A stretch of 64,000 nucleotides of DNA from positions 186,001 through 250,000 of the IMG/VR virus record IMGVR_UViG_3300022602_000024; one strand, written 5' to 3'. The notes below the pieces were generated by a model. The model was given only the letters and a program-made list of their open reading frames with translations. It did no database searches and was not told where the DNA came from. A program made the translations under genes and the position numbers. Shown in pieces: positions 63,328-64,000 of this stretch (position 1 is its first letter; each line of letters begins with the position of its first letter).

Positions 63328-64000
63328 TTACAAACTAAATCCCTTAAATGTATTGTTGTCTACGTCTTGCTTAGTACCACCAATCACATAAGTTGTAATT
63401 TCTGTTTCTTGTGGTGCCACTTGCACTTCTGATCCAGCAATCCATTTAGCAGTCCAGGGTAAGGGGTTAGAACCAGGCTTGATACCACAGTCTAAGCCTA
63501 CCGCAGTCATACGTTTGCATGCCAACCAATCAACATACTGCGCCAACAGTTGTTCGTTAAGGCCAATCATTGATCCGTCCTTGAACAAGTACTTGGCCCA
63601 GTTCTTTTCTTGCTCAGCAGCAGCCAAGAACATGCGAGTACATTCTTCCTTGGTTTCTGCTTTGATTGCGACATAGTCGGGATCATCCTGAGGCAATAGT
63701 TTCAACAGAGTTTGAGTAGATCCTAAGTGCACATTTTCGTCACGTGCAATTAGTTTAATGATCTTGGCATTGCCTTCCATCTTTTTAAGTTCAGCAAAGG
63801 CCCAACTACAAGCAAAACTCACATAGAAACGTATGCCTTCTAGTGCGTTAACACTATTCAAACACAACCACAGTTTCTTTTTAAGTTCATATGGATCTAC
63901 CACAATAGTTTTGCCATTGACAGAGTGTGTGCCGTAGCCCAACATACGATACCAACCCGATGCTTCAATCAATGAATCATAGTACTTGCTGATGTCTGTG
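63328..64000 (-). CDS. nrdB: Class Ia ribonucleotide reductase beta subunit (3' part; start outside window)
   Basis: LEGIRFYVSFACSWAF, IARDENVH, APQETEITTY. Confidence 0.96.
   Translation of the reverse strand, partial: TDISKYYDSLIEASGWYRMLGYGTHSVNGKTIVVDPYELKKKLWLCLNSVNALEGIRFYVSFACSWAFAELKKMEGNAKIIKLIARDENVHLGSTQTLLKLLPQDDPDYVAIKAETKEECTRMFLAAAEQEKNWAKYLFKDGSMIGLNEQLLAQYVDWLACKRMTAVGLDCGIKPGSNPLPWTAKWIAGSEVQVAPQETEITTYVIGGTKQDVDNNTFKGFSL

Noticed and set aside
910-63676. Numerous opposite-strand or alternate-frame ORFs in the track (e.g. 910..1161, 9338..9547, 36037..36726, 49906..50280, 54935..55702)
   Set aside because: They are shadows of well-supported genes, lack RBS, promoter or motif support, and reflect antisense codon bias of low-complexity proteins.
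1-64000. Alternative genetic code (stop-codon reassignment)
   Set aside because: Conserved genes (ligase, PstS, UvsE, ClpS) are full-length under the standard code, and TAA, TAG and TGA all occur at plausible gene ends.
1-64000. Canonical tRNA genes
   Set aside because: The only tRNA-like T-arm/CCA structure I found by eye belongs to the tmRNA. A tRNAscan-SE run would be needed to exclude others fully.

Overview
This is a 64-kb segment of a large lytic T4-like myovirus-type (contractile-tail) phage genome, about 38-40% GC by eye, standard genetic code, mostly on the minus strand. The host is probably betaproteobacterial (inferred from the tmRNA tag ANDELFALAA, DUF3579, PbpG, PstS and desaturase types). 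Contents: early hypervariable regions built from a repeated sigma70 promoter/leader cassette; ATP-dependent DNA ligase; nrdB (truncated by the window edge), glutaredoxin and UvsE; structural genes (PAAR, SleB-type hydrolase, fibres); four free-standing homing endonucleases; host-takeover genes (S21, ClpS, Hsp20, PstS, desaturase, PbpG, entericidin-like and phasin-like); and a sugar/amidino-modification cluster. Features read directly from the DNA that the ORF track misses: (1) a circularly permuted two-piece tmRNA, whose acceptor piece appears to have been split and replaced by an HNH endonuclease cassette; (2) three Pho-box-like repeats, each exactly 11 nt upstream of a phage late-type TAAATA element; (3) an in-frame plcP/agt-like deletion chimera; (4) a ROSE-like thermometer on hsp20; (5) many apparently leaderless late genes. 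No database searches or folding programs were run. Family assignments rest on motif recognition, and functional claims are hypotheses.
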